Assembly (NCBI RefSeq): GCF_006345805.1
Contig: NC_042998.1
Span: 186,062,001 to 186,126,000 of the forward strand
DNA length: 64,000 bases
Direction of reading: 5' to 3'
Source of the DNA: Octopus sinensis
Taxonomy: Eukaryota
In this document: in pieces, positions 10,610 to 22,836 of the stretch
How the letters are laid out: each line of letters begins with the position of its first letter
How positions within the stretch are numbered: the first letter of the stretch is position 1
Made by a program: the position numbers and the translations under genes
The notes under the pieces: generated by a model
Seen by the model: the letters and a program-made list of their open reading frames with translations, nothing else
Databases searched by the model: none
What the model was told of the DNA's origin: nothing

Positions 10610-11580
10610 GGAATAGTGCTCTTTGCAACCCGCTAGCACGGATACCAGTCATCGAATTTGAATTTGATTTGGATTTGGATTTCATTTGCCTCAACAGATC
10701 TTCACAAGCAGAGTTTAGTGTCCAAAGAAGGAAAAGGTACGCATAAGTGAGCTGGTTACGCCCCTGGCATAGGCCACGAGGTTATGTTGGGATGGTTGTG
10801 TTGGCATTTAGCTGGGATTTTGATAGGAAAATTGCACCAATATTTTATGTGTTGAATTGTGTTGATTTATTCAAAGTCAGTAATATTTTTGATACTTATC
10901 CCAAAGGTATTTTTCTATAAATATCATAGTGTATTTTTTTAATGAGAACAGATAAAGTAATAAAGTTGATCATGTATTTTGATTGCTGACAGCTTGTAAT
11001 AGTGGCTTCCATAGAAATTTGACACAGCAAACATTACATATTCATATTCATGAGTATGGAATTTTTATGGTTTTAAATATTTTATTACCTATCCTCTTTT
11101 AGTGAGTTGTAGGAACATAATTAGGTTTATGTTAATTATCGTTAAATTTTCACATATTCTTGTATTGTGATCTATCTCAATTATATAATTGTACAATACA
11201 AAAATTATGGTGGGTTTGTTTGTTCATTCATTTATCTTATGTCATATTTCTACAATAGCATGGGTTGGATGAATACCTACAATCAAGACAGTATTTTTGC
11301 ATTTTGATAACTTTCATGTCACTAACCCTTACCTGTTTTTTAAATTTTTTTTATTTATTCCACTTGTCTTCAAATGTGCTGAGCTATACAAGAATTTGTT
11401 GACTGGGAATGTCACTATAACTAAATGCAAAACAAAAATAAATCACTGTTTCTTTGTTCAACACTTTCCTGCAAAGATACGGAATGCAAATATTCACACT
11501 GACACACTTGTGCAAACATATACACGCACACATGTGCACACAAATGCACATACACACATGTATGTTTATATGTATGCATG

Positions 11581-11617
<37 letters not shown>

Positions 11618-11639
11618 ATGCATATGAATGTATGACAGG

Positions 11640-11750
11640 CCTCTATATAGTTTCTACCCACCAATCCTACTTACATGTCATTGATTGGCTTGAGGCTACA
11701 GTAGAAGACACTTGTCCATGTATCATGCTGTGCAATAAAAATTAAGATAT
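11640..11750 (-). mobile_element. CORE-type SINE fragment, antisense
   Basis: ggctacagtagaagacacttgtcc is the reverse complement of the family core. Confidence 0.6.
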
Positions 11751-12084
11751 GTGGTTACAAAGGGAACTGCAGCTCCATACAGCCATATTTTATTCACAAC
11801 TATGTATCAAATCTATAAATATTAACTCAATCTATATGCTATAGAGTACTACATTTTACAATCAAGGTAGTGCTGGTATTTCATATATAAATCACGGTAT
11901 CAATTAAATCACTACATTCTTTCTTTCTTTCATTTTTTTGTCACTTTCTTGTATAGCACTTACTTTATATGTTAATCATATGCATCTGTGTTACATTTAA
12001 CCAATTGGCACTTATTACATATACGAAAAATGTCACTATGATTTGTCATAAACACACATACACAAAAACATATTTTCACCTGTT

Positions 12085-12450
12085 TACACCGTCTGCCGTT
12101 ACGTTCTGGGTTCAAATTCCGCCGAGGTCGACTTTGCCTTTCATCCTTTCGGGGTCGATAAATTAAGTACCAGTAACGCACTGATGTCAATGTAATCGAC
12201 TTAATCCATTTGTCTGTCCTTGTTTGTCCTCTCTGTGTTTAGCCCCTTGTGAGTAGTAAAGAAATAGGTATTTTGTCTGCCGCTACATTCTGAGTTCAAA
12301 TTCTGCTGAGGTTGACTTTGCCTTTCATCCTTTCGGGGTCGATAAATTAAGTACCAGTAATGCACTGGGGGTCAATGTAATCAACTTAATCCGTTTGTCT
12401 GTCCTTGTTTGTCCCCTCTGTGTTTAACCCCTTGTGGGTAGTAAAGAAAT
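12085..12450 (+). mobile_element. Dimer of the 184-bp tRNA-SINE subunit
   Basis: Two successive gttcaaattc..gcctttcatcctttcggggtcgataaattaagtaccag..gtagtaaagaaata units. Confidence 0.85.
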
Positions 12451-13254
12451 ATATAGTTGGAGATAACGAATAATCTCCCTAAATAATACACGAATCCACA
12501 CTCATGTATACATACATGTAATCATGATTTGATAAAAATATGTTATATAAAGTTTTATAAATTGTTATAGATGTCAGTATATTCACAAATACTGTTTGTA
12601 AATATATCTATGCACACTTTAGTTCTTAATATAGCTTTGTGTGTGTGTGTGTGTGTGTGTGTACATGCCTTAAGTGTATCCCATGTATGTTTGTGTGTAT
12701 CTGTGAGTATAGGAAGGTTATTTTTATAACTGCATTGAAAGCAGTGTAATAATGACATTGAGTTTGTTATACAAGTGCACAATGACACTTAAATATTCAT
12801 GTGATACCTGAAATAGTTAAATAGTTTCTGTTTCAAAGTAAACTTGATTGTAAACTTGTTTCAGAACCAACAACCTGAATTGGTATTGGATTATTGTTGG
12901 GAAACTGGATTAAAGGGATAAGCATGGTAATCTAATTTGTTATTTTAATCACAGATTAGAATTTAAATTTGCAGTCTTATTTGTTTGCATTAATGTTCAA
13001 AAACTTTCTTCTTCCTTTGTGTTTCACTAATTAGAAACAATAGTTTCTGATGTCTTAATTGATTTTTTAATGAGCCAAGCTGTCACAAGAAAAGGATGTT
13101 TTAAAACTAGTAAGAAACAAGTAGAAAGTTTTGATTTATGACTGAATCTGGTTTCTTACACCATGAATACCATTAAGAATGGTATGACCACCCCCAAAAT
13201 CACATTCCTGCTTCATACATATTTGTGGACCTGAGCCCAAATACTAATAGTAAT

Positions 13255-13440
13255 GATAATAATAATGATGGTTTCAGATTTTGGCACAAGGCCAGCAATT
13301 TTTAAGGGAGGTGAGAAGTCAATTACATCAGTTCTAGTGTTCAGCTGGTACTTATTTTATTGACTCCTTAAGGATGAAAAGCAAAGCTGGCTTTCATGGA
13401 ATTTGAACACTGAATGTAAATCTGGAAGAAATACTGGCAC
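13255..13440 (-). mobile_element. tRNA SINE (gcctttcatcc family), antisense and degenerate
   Basis: ctggtacttattttattgactccttaaggatgaaaagcaaag..gaatttgaac is the reverse complement of the family core. Confidence 0.65.
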
Positions 13441-13451
13441 AAGGCCAGCAA

Positions 13452-13846
13452 CATGGTTTCGGGTTCAGTCCCACTGCATGGCACCTTGAGCAAGGGTCTT
13501 CTACTATAGCCTCGGGCCGACCAAAACCTTGTGAGTGGATTTGGTAGACGGAATGGAAACTGAAGGAAGCCTGTCGTATATATGTATGTATATATATAAT
13601 ATATATATGTATATATATATATATGTATGAGTGTGTGTATATGTTTGTGTGTCTGTGTTTGTCCCCCCAACATTGCCTGACAACCGATGCTGGTGTGTTT
13701 CCATCCCCGTAACGTAGTGGTTCTACAAAAGAGACCGATAGAATAAGTACTAAGCTTACAAAGAATAAATCCTGGGGTCGATTTGCTCGACTAAAAGAGG
13801 GTGCTCCAGCATGGCCATAGTCAAATGACTGAAACGAGTAAAAGAG
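13452..13846 (+). mobile_element. CORE-type tRNA SINE, near full length
   Basis: gggttcagtcccactgcatggcaccttgagcaagggtcttctactatagcc..gtgctccagcatggccatagtcaaatgactgaaacgagtaaaagag. Confidence 0.85.
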
Positions 13847-13919
13847 TATCCCCTCGTATATATTACAGACTGGTTGCCTGTTTCTCTGGTATTGTTCAAA
13901 TGACATGACACCTTGGATG

Positions 13920-14269
13920 TCCCCAAAATCCATCCCCTTCTCACTGTGGTTGGGACGCTGGCAATGGGTAGTGTCAGAGCTATGCCGTCAGGAACTTCGG
14001 TTCCTGGTAGGGCCACCAAAGGCAGAGTGGTCTGACACCGAGTAGTATTAGGGCCACAACCCGGCAGACGGAGCTCTAGTCAAAATCCTTGGAGTGTCTG
14101 TTTCGGCACCTGGTGGCTCCTCAGTCGTTCTGTCCCTGTATCTGCGGACAATATGCGGGAATGTTGGGGACCGCTTGTGAAATCCTCATGTTCCCACGAA
14201 ACTTCTTCCATGGTAGAAGAAGCCGACTCTACCCGCCCAGGGTGAATGTCGCCACAAGTAAGTACAAGT
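13920..14269 (+). mobile_element. 350-bp GC-rich retroposed insertion, probably RTE-derived and non-autonomous
   Basis: 12-bp direct repeats ACACCTTGGATG at 13908-13919 and 14270-14281; 3' tail aagtaagtacaagt. The internal gagctatgcc..cctggtagggccacc motif resembles RTE 5' UTRs (from memory). Confidence 0.65.
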
Positions 14270-14775
14270 ACACCTTGGATGAGATCCCAATCTTTGTTGA
14301 AAATCCATTAAGCCATTTTTCAATCTACAGAGAGAGGTAAAATTGACATGTCTCTATGTCTACTATATAGGTTTACATATATGAAGTTAAGTTGTCTGGA
14401 TCTGAAATTATGCAAATATTTTACATTCATTTTCTTTTACATTTAGTTATAGGCAAAACATTTAACTTTACTAACATTTGTCTATCTATTTTTTTTCAAA
14501 TAGATAACAGTCTAGAAATTGTAATTGTACAAGACTAGCATGTTATGAATATCTGGATAAATAAATTTAGTTTGTGATAGGTCTGATGAACGAAATTAGT
14601 TTTGCTGTGAGAGATATACACTTCAATTTTCTTGCTTTTCATGCTCAAACACACACACATATGTATTGTGTGTATTCATGCACGTATGTATACTTGTGCA
14701 TGTACAGACGTTTGTGTGTATGCATGTAGTGCATGTGTATATGTATTTGTGTATGTATGTATGTATGTATATATA

Positions 14776-14807
<32 letters not shown>

Positions 14808-15064
14808 CCATGCTAGCATGGAAAACAGGCATTAAACGATGATGATGATGATATATATATATATGAATGTATACATGCATGTGTATATGTATAAGTATAT
14901 ATGAGGACATATATATGTATGCATGTATATGTATGTATATTTATATGTAAGTTTATATAAGTATGTGTATGTATATGTGTGTGTGTGCATGTGTGTATAT
15001 ATATTTATATATAAAAGTTTATATACATACGTGTATGTATATGTGTGTGATGTGTGTGCATGTA

Positions 15065-15940
15065 CAGGGTGGTATGGATAAATTGTCACCATTCTATATT
15101 TTTAATTTCGTGCATACACATTGTTTGTTTTTCATTTGATTGACTACACAGTATAGTAGGATCAGTAAGTCACCATCTGTGAGAAAAAAAGCACTATGAT
15201 ACAATTCACTTTGCCAGAAATTTGGAAACGACATACTGTACTGCTTGGCATTCATGCCTGAAGCCTCAATTTGAACAGATGGTGAACATACAAAAAAACT
15301 ATTGGCTTGTCATGTCCCCAAAACATGTACAGAGAGTGATAAATATCAAACATCCAGTCAACATCACAGTGTTTGGAGTAATCACTAGTTATGCCTCCAT
15401 TCATCTTCCCACATGGTCTCAGACTCAACATGGCAGCCTACATGAAGTGCCTGGAGAAAGTAGTGCCACCCTGGGTCATGAGGGTGGCTACTGGAAAACC
15501 CTGTGTGGCAACAGGACTGTGCACCATGCCACACAAGCAGGAGAATCCAGTCATGGCTATCAGACAATTTCTGCAACCACATCACCCCTAACATCTGGCC
15601 ACCTAATTCCCCAGAATGCAACCCACTTCATTATTATGTGTGGGGTGCAGTTGAGTGAGAGACCAACAAAACTCCTTGTAACATCAAAGATGAACTGAAG
15701 GCAAGGATAATAGCAGCATCCACCAGCTTAAACAAGGAGACCATCCAGAAGAGTTGCCAGAGATTCCAAAGTTGTCCAGAGGCCCTGGTTGAAGCCAATG
15801 GTGATTTTATTGAGTGAATTTACTCTTTAGTATCTCAAGATATTTTTATGTAATTTTGGTAAATATATTTGTTAAAAGGAGATGTCAGTGTTATTTTCAT
15901 TTTTGCATAATTTAGACAACAATATATTCACCACACCCTG
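15065..15940 (+). mobile_element. Internally deleted mariner-superfamily transposon, maT/DD37D family
   Basis: TA-CAGGGTG..CACCCTG-TA termini. Frameshifted transposase: WQQDCAPCHTSRRIQSWLSDNFCNHITPNIWPPNSPECNPLHYYVWG, with 37 residues between the second Asp and the third catalytic position (here D to H). Confidence 0.9.
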
Positions 15941-16361
15941 TATATACACATGTGTGAACTCATATGCATACATGTATATGCTTGTGTACTTTATTACAAT
16001 ATGAACCAGTATCACCATTTTATATCAAAGAAATGGTAACATGGCTTTTTGATAGTAATAGATCAAATCAGTACTAGATGGAAGTAAGTGCTGGGTCAAT
16101 ATGACTGACTAAAACACTTTGAAGTTGGTGTTCAATGAATGAAACTAGTAAAAGAAATAAGACTAAAAATGTACAAAGTCACTGCAGCATGGAAATACTG
16201 TTTATTTTGATGTACTATGATAATTGTAACAGTGTACTCTACCAGTTTATTTTGACGTTTGTATATTAGGTTAGAAGAGAAGGAAAAGGAAGTGAGGCAT
16301 GCAATAGGCATGGTCTTTGTGCCTTCTCTCCCAAGTAGATGAGTTTAATGTGAAAGAATCT

Positions 16362-16402
<41 letters not shown>

Positions 16403-16659
16403 CTACATATAGAGTTGATATATAAACAGCTGTAGAGGACAATTAAATTATGAATTATGTGTTAAGTTTATGCTTTCCCGTTCTTGTTATTTTATATGAA
16501 CACACACCACACTCATATATATAAATATATAATGCCTAAAGTACATAGAAAACGGAATTTTGCCAATTATTCAACTGAGGAGATAAAAAGACTGTATATA
16601 TATTATGAATCATATACATTAATATTTAACTCTAACATACGTTAATTGATAATTGCTGT

Positions 16660-17450
16660 TTGTAGGAGCAATAACATGTGAAAGGAGAATGTTCCAGAGC
16701 TGCAATTTTGGAATGAAGAATTGAGAAGTACTAAGAAGGAAGAATTTAAGTGATAGGACACACTGATACACCCAGAGGAAGATATGTTCTGTTGTACTCT
16801 ATGTCAGCTTCAATCAAACAACCATATGATAAATAAAATTCAGGCTATGCCCATTCCATGATTTTATTCAAGTATACTGTATCTAGTGTATCTGGGATTG
16901 TATTATTCAGTATGTTATTTCATTTTTAAAATGTTAGGGCTGTAATTTGAAGAAAATTCATCTTCTATTTCTAGCCAATTAAAGGACTGCATAGACGTTC
17001 TGTTGTTGGCTTGTGAAGCAATGGTGAGTGTATTGAGTATAGTTGGCTAAGAGTTGGTAGAGTTTATTACATCAGAAGAGCAGAAGCTATTGTGGTAGCA
17101 TTAATTAGAACAACCAACATGTTGAAAGCATAATGGCTGTTTGCTCAGTGAATCTGTGTCAATCAGCTAAATGGCCTCTTTTGGAGTGTGATCTTGAGTG
17201 TTTGTATATCTTGCAATTGTGCCATCCTAGATGATTGAGCAGTACTCTGATGTAGCTGATACTACAGATTTGTAGAAAGTAAGAAGCAAATCAGTGCTGA
17301 AGTACTTTCTAGTCCTGAATAGAAAAAAAAACCTAGTCTTTGTGATACAGTTTTAGCAAAGTTTTGTGAGGTTATCAGAGGTTGAGGAATAGTTAAATAT
17401 TCATTCAGCATAAATATTTGACAGCTGATTGAACCAATAAGATGCCTGAC
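16660..17450 (-). mobile_element. Degenerate CR1-group LINE, RT C-terminal fragment
   Basis: Minus-strand pseudo-translation FLFRTRKYFSTDLLLTFYKSVVSATSEYCSII resembles the CR1-group GFLFRARKYFS..LLTLYK..RP.LEYCSHIW motif; many stops. Confidence 0.6.
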
Positions 17451-18388
17451 TGCTGGTCAACAGTTTGTGTTTTGTTTCTTGTGCTGTATGGTGTCTACAG
17501 CAAATACATAGCTGTATCTTTCAATAATCCAATTACTTACTTGTAAATACCTTTGGGAGGCTGTCTTCACTGCTTGAGTTTTAATAACTTGTAGTACTGA
17601 ACACAAAATCTTCCCTTGTGCATATCTAGTAAGAGACAAAAAGAGTAGCAATGAACCTTTTATGTTTAATGGTTACATAGAATTATATATAATTTAATTT
17701 GGCTGCATTGAAGCAAATTTTATTAAATACAGAAAAAGATTACATTTATTGTTAAAAAAATGTAATTATAAATATTGAAGAAATAAAAATATAAAGAGAG
17801 TTTTTAATGGCATTTTACAGAATTTTAGAACATTAGAATAAATATAATGCTATGTATTCAATAACAAGTTATTATTTTTCTTAATGTAAAAGCCATTCTT
17901 CTAAAAGACCATGCTTAAAAGCCTCAATGTGAGTTTTTTTTCACCTCTGGACTAGGACCAAGAACACTATATTTTGAGGGCAGAAATAAATGGAATCATG
18001 TAACATAAATTCCTTTCCCAAAGTTATTCAAGACAAATGTGAATCTGTGCCATCCAAGAAAGAGTTAACCCTGTACAATAAAATGTTGATATCTTACACA
18101 GTTCTATTCACAATATTTGAATAGATTTAGTTGAGCATTTTAGCAAAGCAGTTTAATCATGTACTTACTGAAACTATTACTAAAGAATTAAAATCTAAGT
18201 TCTTACATTATGTAACTTATTTAATTATCCCAGTTTATCTAGCTCTGAGATAAGTTAGAAATTTTTAGATTAATGCAGATAGTGCGACAATATCTGAAAA
18301 TTAGTTATTTTAATCAATCAAGAATCAGTAACAGATATAATCATTCTTCAGTATCAGCATCTTCTACTTTCTCCCCTCAGTCTATTAC

Positions 18389-18425
<37 letters not shown>

Positions 18426-18981
18426 GAGTGAGAGATCAGTGCATGCCATCAAAGTGACACTGGGGTAAAATATACGAAGCCCAGTATACCCATCATGACT
18501 ACCCATCTGATAAGGGTACACTAGGTACATGCATCACAACCATATGTGCGCAACATGGTGATCTCATATCAAGATAAACAGCACATGACCTTGCAGGTGG
18601 GGACCAGTTTGAATTTTTTTCTGGTCAAGTAACCCATTCTGCTCAAAAGGTCCCTGAATAAGGGTTGTTTAAGGATGTTGAATGAAACACCCATGTTTCC
18701 AGAGGTGAATTATTCAAACCCCAAAGAATCCCTCTCAACACATGGCTATGATGCTCCCCCACTACGTCTGCATGTGATCAGAGATGCACATATCGTCAAC
18801 CACCAAGGGCCATGCTCAACTGGTTAAGGTCAAACAACTGACAAGCAAATCTGTGGTATTGAGCAGAATATTTGCTGTGGCCCATCTTTTATACCAAGAC
18901 AAAACAATGTACATCATAGCACTTCCAATCAGTTAAGATCAGAAGCCATGAGAGCCACCGTCTGGTACTGCATCAGGGCAT
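18426..18981 (-). mobile_element. 556-bp non-coding interspersed element embedded in an (ATT)n microsatellite
   Basis: Flanked by (ATT)n at 18383-18425 and 18982-19020, both beginning ttactattatt; no ORF and no TIRs. Confidence 0.7.
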
Positions 18982-18985
18982 TTAC

Positions 18986-19021
<36 letters not shown>

Positions 19022-19455
19022 TAAGGCGATGAGCTGAAAGAATTGTTAGCACACTGGATAAAATGCTTAACTGTATTTTGTCCATTGCTACATTCTGAGT
19101 TCAAATTCTGCTGAGGTCGACTTTGCCTTTCATCCTTTCAGGGTCAATAAATTAAGTACCAGTGAAACACTGGGGTCAATGTAATTGACTAGTCTCCTCC
19201 CCCAAAATTTCAGGCTTGTACCTTTAGTAGAAAGGATTATTATTTCATTATTTTTACGATGATGGTGGATTGGCAGAATCATTAAAGCTTTGGACAAAGA
19301 CAGTTGCATTATTTGGTTTGGCTCCTTCTGTTGTGAATCCATATCCCACTAAATTTAACTTTCCTTCTCCTCTTTTCAGGGTGAATAAAATAAAGTACCA
19401 GTCAAGTAAATGCCTTCCCCAACTTTTAGACCTTGTACCTATGCTAGAAACAATT
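19022..19455 (+). mobile_element. Two adjacent tRNA SINEs (gcctttcatcc family)
   Basis: aggcgatgagctgaaagaattgttagc head, B-box gttcaaattc and family core; a second decayed copy starts at about 19260. Confidence 0.75.
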
Positions 19456-19462
19456 TTATTTG

Positions 19463-19643
19463 CATGTAAAAGCACCCACTACACTCATGGAGTGGTTGGC
19501 ATTAGGAAGGGCATCCAGCTGTAGAAACTTTGTCAGATAAGACCGGAGCCTGGTGCAGCCTTCTGGCTTCCCAGATCCCCGGTCAAACCGTTCAACCCAT
19601 GCTAGCATGGAGAACGGACGTTAAACGATGATGATGATGATGA
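19463..19643 (+). mobile_element. RTE 3' UTR copy
   Basis: catgtaaaagcacccactacactc..catgctagcatggagaacggacgttaaac(gat)n. Confidence 0.85.
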
Positions 19644-19984
19644 AGCTATTTTATAGTTTGCAGGGATGTTGCCTTGAGCTTTGGTGACAACAAATCTCAA
19701 GGCTCAAGAATCTTTCTTACAATTCTTGCAGAATATAGGATGGCATTTTTCTGCAAGTCTACAATGTATGTCTCAATTTCATTATCCTTCACCCTCCCAA
19801 GTAACAGCTTGGGTGTTGTGTCAGTGCGCAGGAACAGTTGTCGCTTTGGTCTTTCACAGTCTCTTCATCCCTCTTTGGTTGATTCTATATTAGAATACAT
19901 TTTCTCATGAGGAGGCACAATGAGAGTGAATCCAAAATCACATGGTTACAAAGTAAGATTTTTAACCACCACCACCATATGAGT

Positions 19985-20474
19985 GTGATCATTGACAGAG
20001 TGGCAAACCGGGCTCCGTGCCAGTGGCACTTAAAAGGCACCATTCGAGTGTGATCGTTACCAGCATCGCCTTACTGGCACTCGAGCCCCGTGCTAGTAGG
20101 GTATTAAGAGCACCATCCAAGCATGATTGTTGCCAGAGCGGCTATCTGGCCTCCGTGCTGGTGGCATGTAAAAGACACCATTCGAGCGTGATCGTTACCA
20201 GCATTGCCTTACTGGCACCTGTGCCAGTGGTATGTGTAAAAGATTCGAGCAAGGTCGTTGCCAGTACCGCCTGACTGGCCCCGTGCCAGTGGCACATAAA
20301 AGCACCCACTACACTCTCAGAGTGGTTGGCGTTAGGAAGGGCATCCAGCTTTAGAAACTCTGCCAGATCAAGATTGAAGCCTGGTGCAGCCATCTGGTTC
20401 GCCAGCCCTCAGTCATTCATCCAACCCATGCTAGCATGGAAAGCGGACGTTAAACGATGATGATGATGATGATG
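19985..20474 (+). mobile_element. RTE 3' UTR copy with a multi-unit internal tandem array
   Basis: About five 60-70 bp units containing GTGCCAGTGGCAC-type palindromes, then the standard tail and (GAT)n. Confidence 0.9.
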
Positions 20475-20740
20475 ACTGCCATGCATATAACCACTTCTGA
20501 GGTAAACCCTCCATTTGACCTCCATTACAACTACAAGTAGTAATGGGTTTAATATTTAACCCTTGATTCACTCTAGTCTTCAACATCAAACTCATTGTTA
20601 TTCCTGTCCTTCAGTTTTATGATTGTGTATTTGCACTCTCTTAGATCAATATCATTATTCTAACCAACTGTTCCTCCACTCCTAATTTTCTCATTGCCCA
20701 TCTTCAATTCTCTACATAATCCAAATTAAGTGATAAATAT
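20475..20740 (-). mobile_element. Degenerate RTE reverse-transcriptase fragment
   Basis: Minus strand encodes WAMRKLGVEEQLVRI and, after frameshifts, an EFDV..V.QG..LL.VVME segment of RT domains 4-5. Confidence 0.7.
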
Positions 20741-21414
20741 TTCCTTGAGTCATCTGGACTTATAAATTCGATGATTATCTCATGGATTTGAAAGCATCAA
20801 GTGGATGAAATGTCAGTGCTTTTTGTGGATTAAATGCCAATCTATTGCCGACAGTTTCCCAAGATCTGATATTCATATCTGACAGCTAGGTAAACTTAGT
20901 CTTGTAAAATTAAGCTTTTTATAGACACAACAACACTCATGGTAGGGGAAAAGGTGGTATTGATTGAGGTTACAAAACAACAATATTTATTTTGTGTGTG
21001 AGTGTTATTGTCTAATGTAAGTGGAGGGAAAAAAAAAAGAAAAACTTTGGGTTTATTATAGATTGTCTATGTTGGATGCACTTCTTGCAAGCCCAGGTCC
21101 ATTGAAGAAGAAAATTGTTTAATGGAAGGAGGGAGAATAAATTTTAATTTAATATTCAATTAACACATTCATTTCTGGTATTACTTATTTGTTTGGTTAC
21201 ATATTTACTGGGCAGCAAATCTATGCAGAGATTCCAGAGAGAAAGAAAAAGTTATATAGAGTATTACATAGAAAATCAAAGGTGATCTTCCAACAAGTTG
21301 TTCCAGGATTTTTCAAAATATACTATAAGATTTCCAAACACCAATTGATGTTACTTAATATTGAAAATGGTTTTATTTTTCCCCCATTAATACAAAGAAA
21401 GGAATAACTATAAC

Positions 21415-21772
21415 TACAAGTGTGGTTGAAAAGCTTGGTACATAACCATGAAGTCTCTGGTTCAGTTCCATACCATGACATCTTGGGCAAGTGTCTTCTA
21501 CTATAGCCCTTGGCCTACCAAGGTCTTGTAAGTGGATTTGGTAAATGGAAACTAGAAGAAGCTTGTAGTATATTTATATATGTGTGTGTCTATGTGTGTA
21601 TGCGCACGAATGTGTGTTTGTTTGTACTGTGTACCTTTGTCTGATATCATGGAATGGTTATAACTGAGCAGCATTATCATACAAGTAACATCCAGCTACA
21701 GAAAATCTGGTTCAGCAAATTCCATCTGATCCATGCAAGCATAAAAAAGTAGATGTGAAATGATGGTGATGA
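21415..21772 (+). mobile_element. CORE-head/RTE-tail composite SINE
   Basis: ggttcagttcca..catcttgggcaagtgtcttctactatagcc..catgcaagcataaaaaagtagatgtgaaatgatggtgatg. Confidence 0.7.
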
Positions 21773-22482
21773 CGAATATTTTTTTCTAGGTTAACAGATA
21801 AAACTGAACGACAGAGTTTAATGGTATTTGAATGTTGTATGGTGTGAATGTTGAGGTAATTGCTTTTAGTAAAAGTTTTACTCATTATGATTATATTTTG
21901 ACACATAGTCACAGATAATAGATGAAATTGTTGTGTATGGTTTTTCTCGTACACATTTCTCATAATGATGCTTCCACATGTCAGTAGCATTAAATATTTA
22001 AGTTTCCAAAACAATCGGAGAATATATATGCCATCCTAATCACACGGGATAGGTTTCTGGTCAAAGATTAAAATCAATTTTGGGGGTTGAAAAATCAATC
22101 TCATTGCAGATTAGATGCCAATCTATTGCAGATAATTTTACAATACTTGATATCTATGTCTGACAGCTAGGTAAACTTAGTCCTGCTGAATCAAGTTTCA
22201 TATTTTTAGATACGATGTCACTCATGGGATTAGATATTGATTGAAAAGTATTTATTGCTGTGTTTCCTGATCTATTGCAGCTATGCACTCCTTTTACAAA
22301 TAGCATTTTACAAATATACCCCAAATGATTTGAATCAAACATAAGTTAATTTTGTGCTATGCTTTTTATTATCCAAATGTTCGTATTCTTTCTCATCCAA
22401 CAGTCTCATTTTAGATATTTGCATAGACTACTATCCTCAACATTAAATTACTTAAGAAGGCAAGAACCTGTATAATTAAATT

Positions 22483-22629
22483 ATACTGGACTTTGGCAAA
22501 TTGTTAACAATGTTTCACTCATATTTTAATCATACTGGACTTTGGCAAATCGTTAACAATGTTTCACTCATATTTTAATCATACTGGACTTTGGCAAATC
22601 GTTAACAATGTTTCACTCATATTTTAATC
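22483..22629. repeat. Minisatellite, 3 x 49 bp
   Basis: atactggactttggcaaa(t/c)gttaacaatgtttcactcatattttaatc-type unit at 22483, 22532 and 22581. Confidence 0.95.
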
Positions 22630-22639
22630 ACTACACATT

Positions 22640-22836
22640 GATATCAACGCTTGTGCCACATAAAAATCACCCAACACACTCTGTAAAGTAGTTGGCACTA
22701 GGAAGGGCATCCAGCAATAGAAACCATGCCAGAACAGACAATAGAGCCTGGTGCAACTCCTGGCTTTATCACTTCTGGTAAAAGTGTCCAACCATGCCAA
22801 CATTGAAAATAGACGTTAAATGACGATGATGATGAT
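22640..22836 (+). mobile_element. RTE 3' UTR copy
   Basis: gtgccacataaaaatcaccc..taggaagggcatccagc..gacgttaaatgac(gat)n. Confidence 0.8.

Noticed and set aside
13394-13933. 179-aa minus-strand ORF, the longest in the track
   Set aside because: Antisense reading of a SINE plus (TA)n/(TG)n microsatellites; the same applies to the many HTHT/YIYI/CVCV ORFs.
14090-14130. Minus-strand CTGAGGA-GCCACCAGGTGCC-GAAAC hammerhead-like core
   Set aside because: No stem I or valid NUH site can be built in type I or type III topology, stem II has a C-C mismatch, and it is antisense to the likely element orientation.
14580-14600. CTGATGA-AC-GAAA motif
   Set aside because: No room for stem II and no flanking stems.
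19985-20300. Repeated palindromic units as a CRISPR-like array
   Set aside because: Inter-unit sequences are themselves homologous and recur in the same order at other loci; this is a eukaryotic retroelement UTR with no cas genes.
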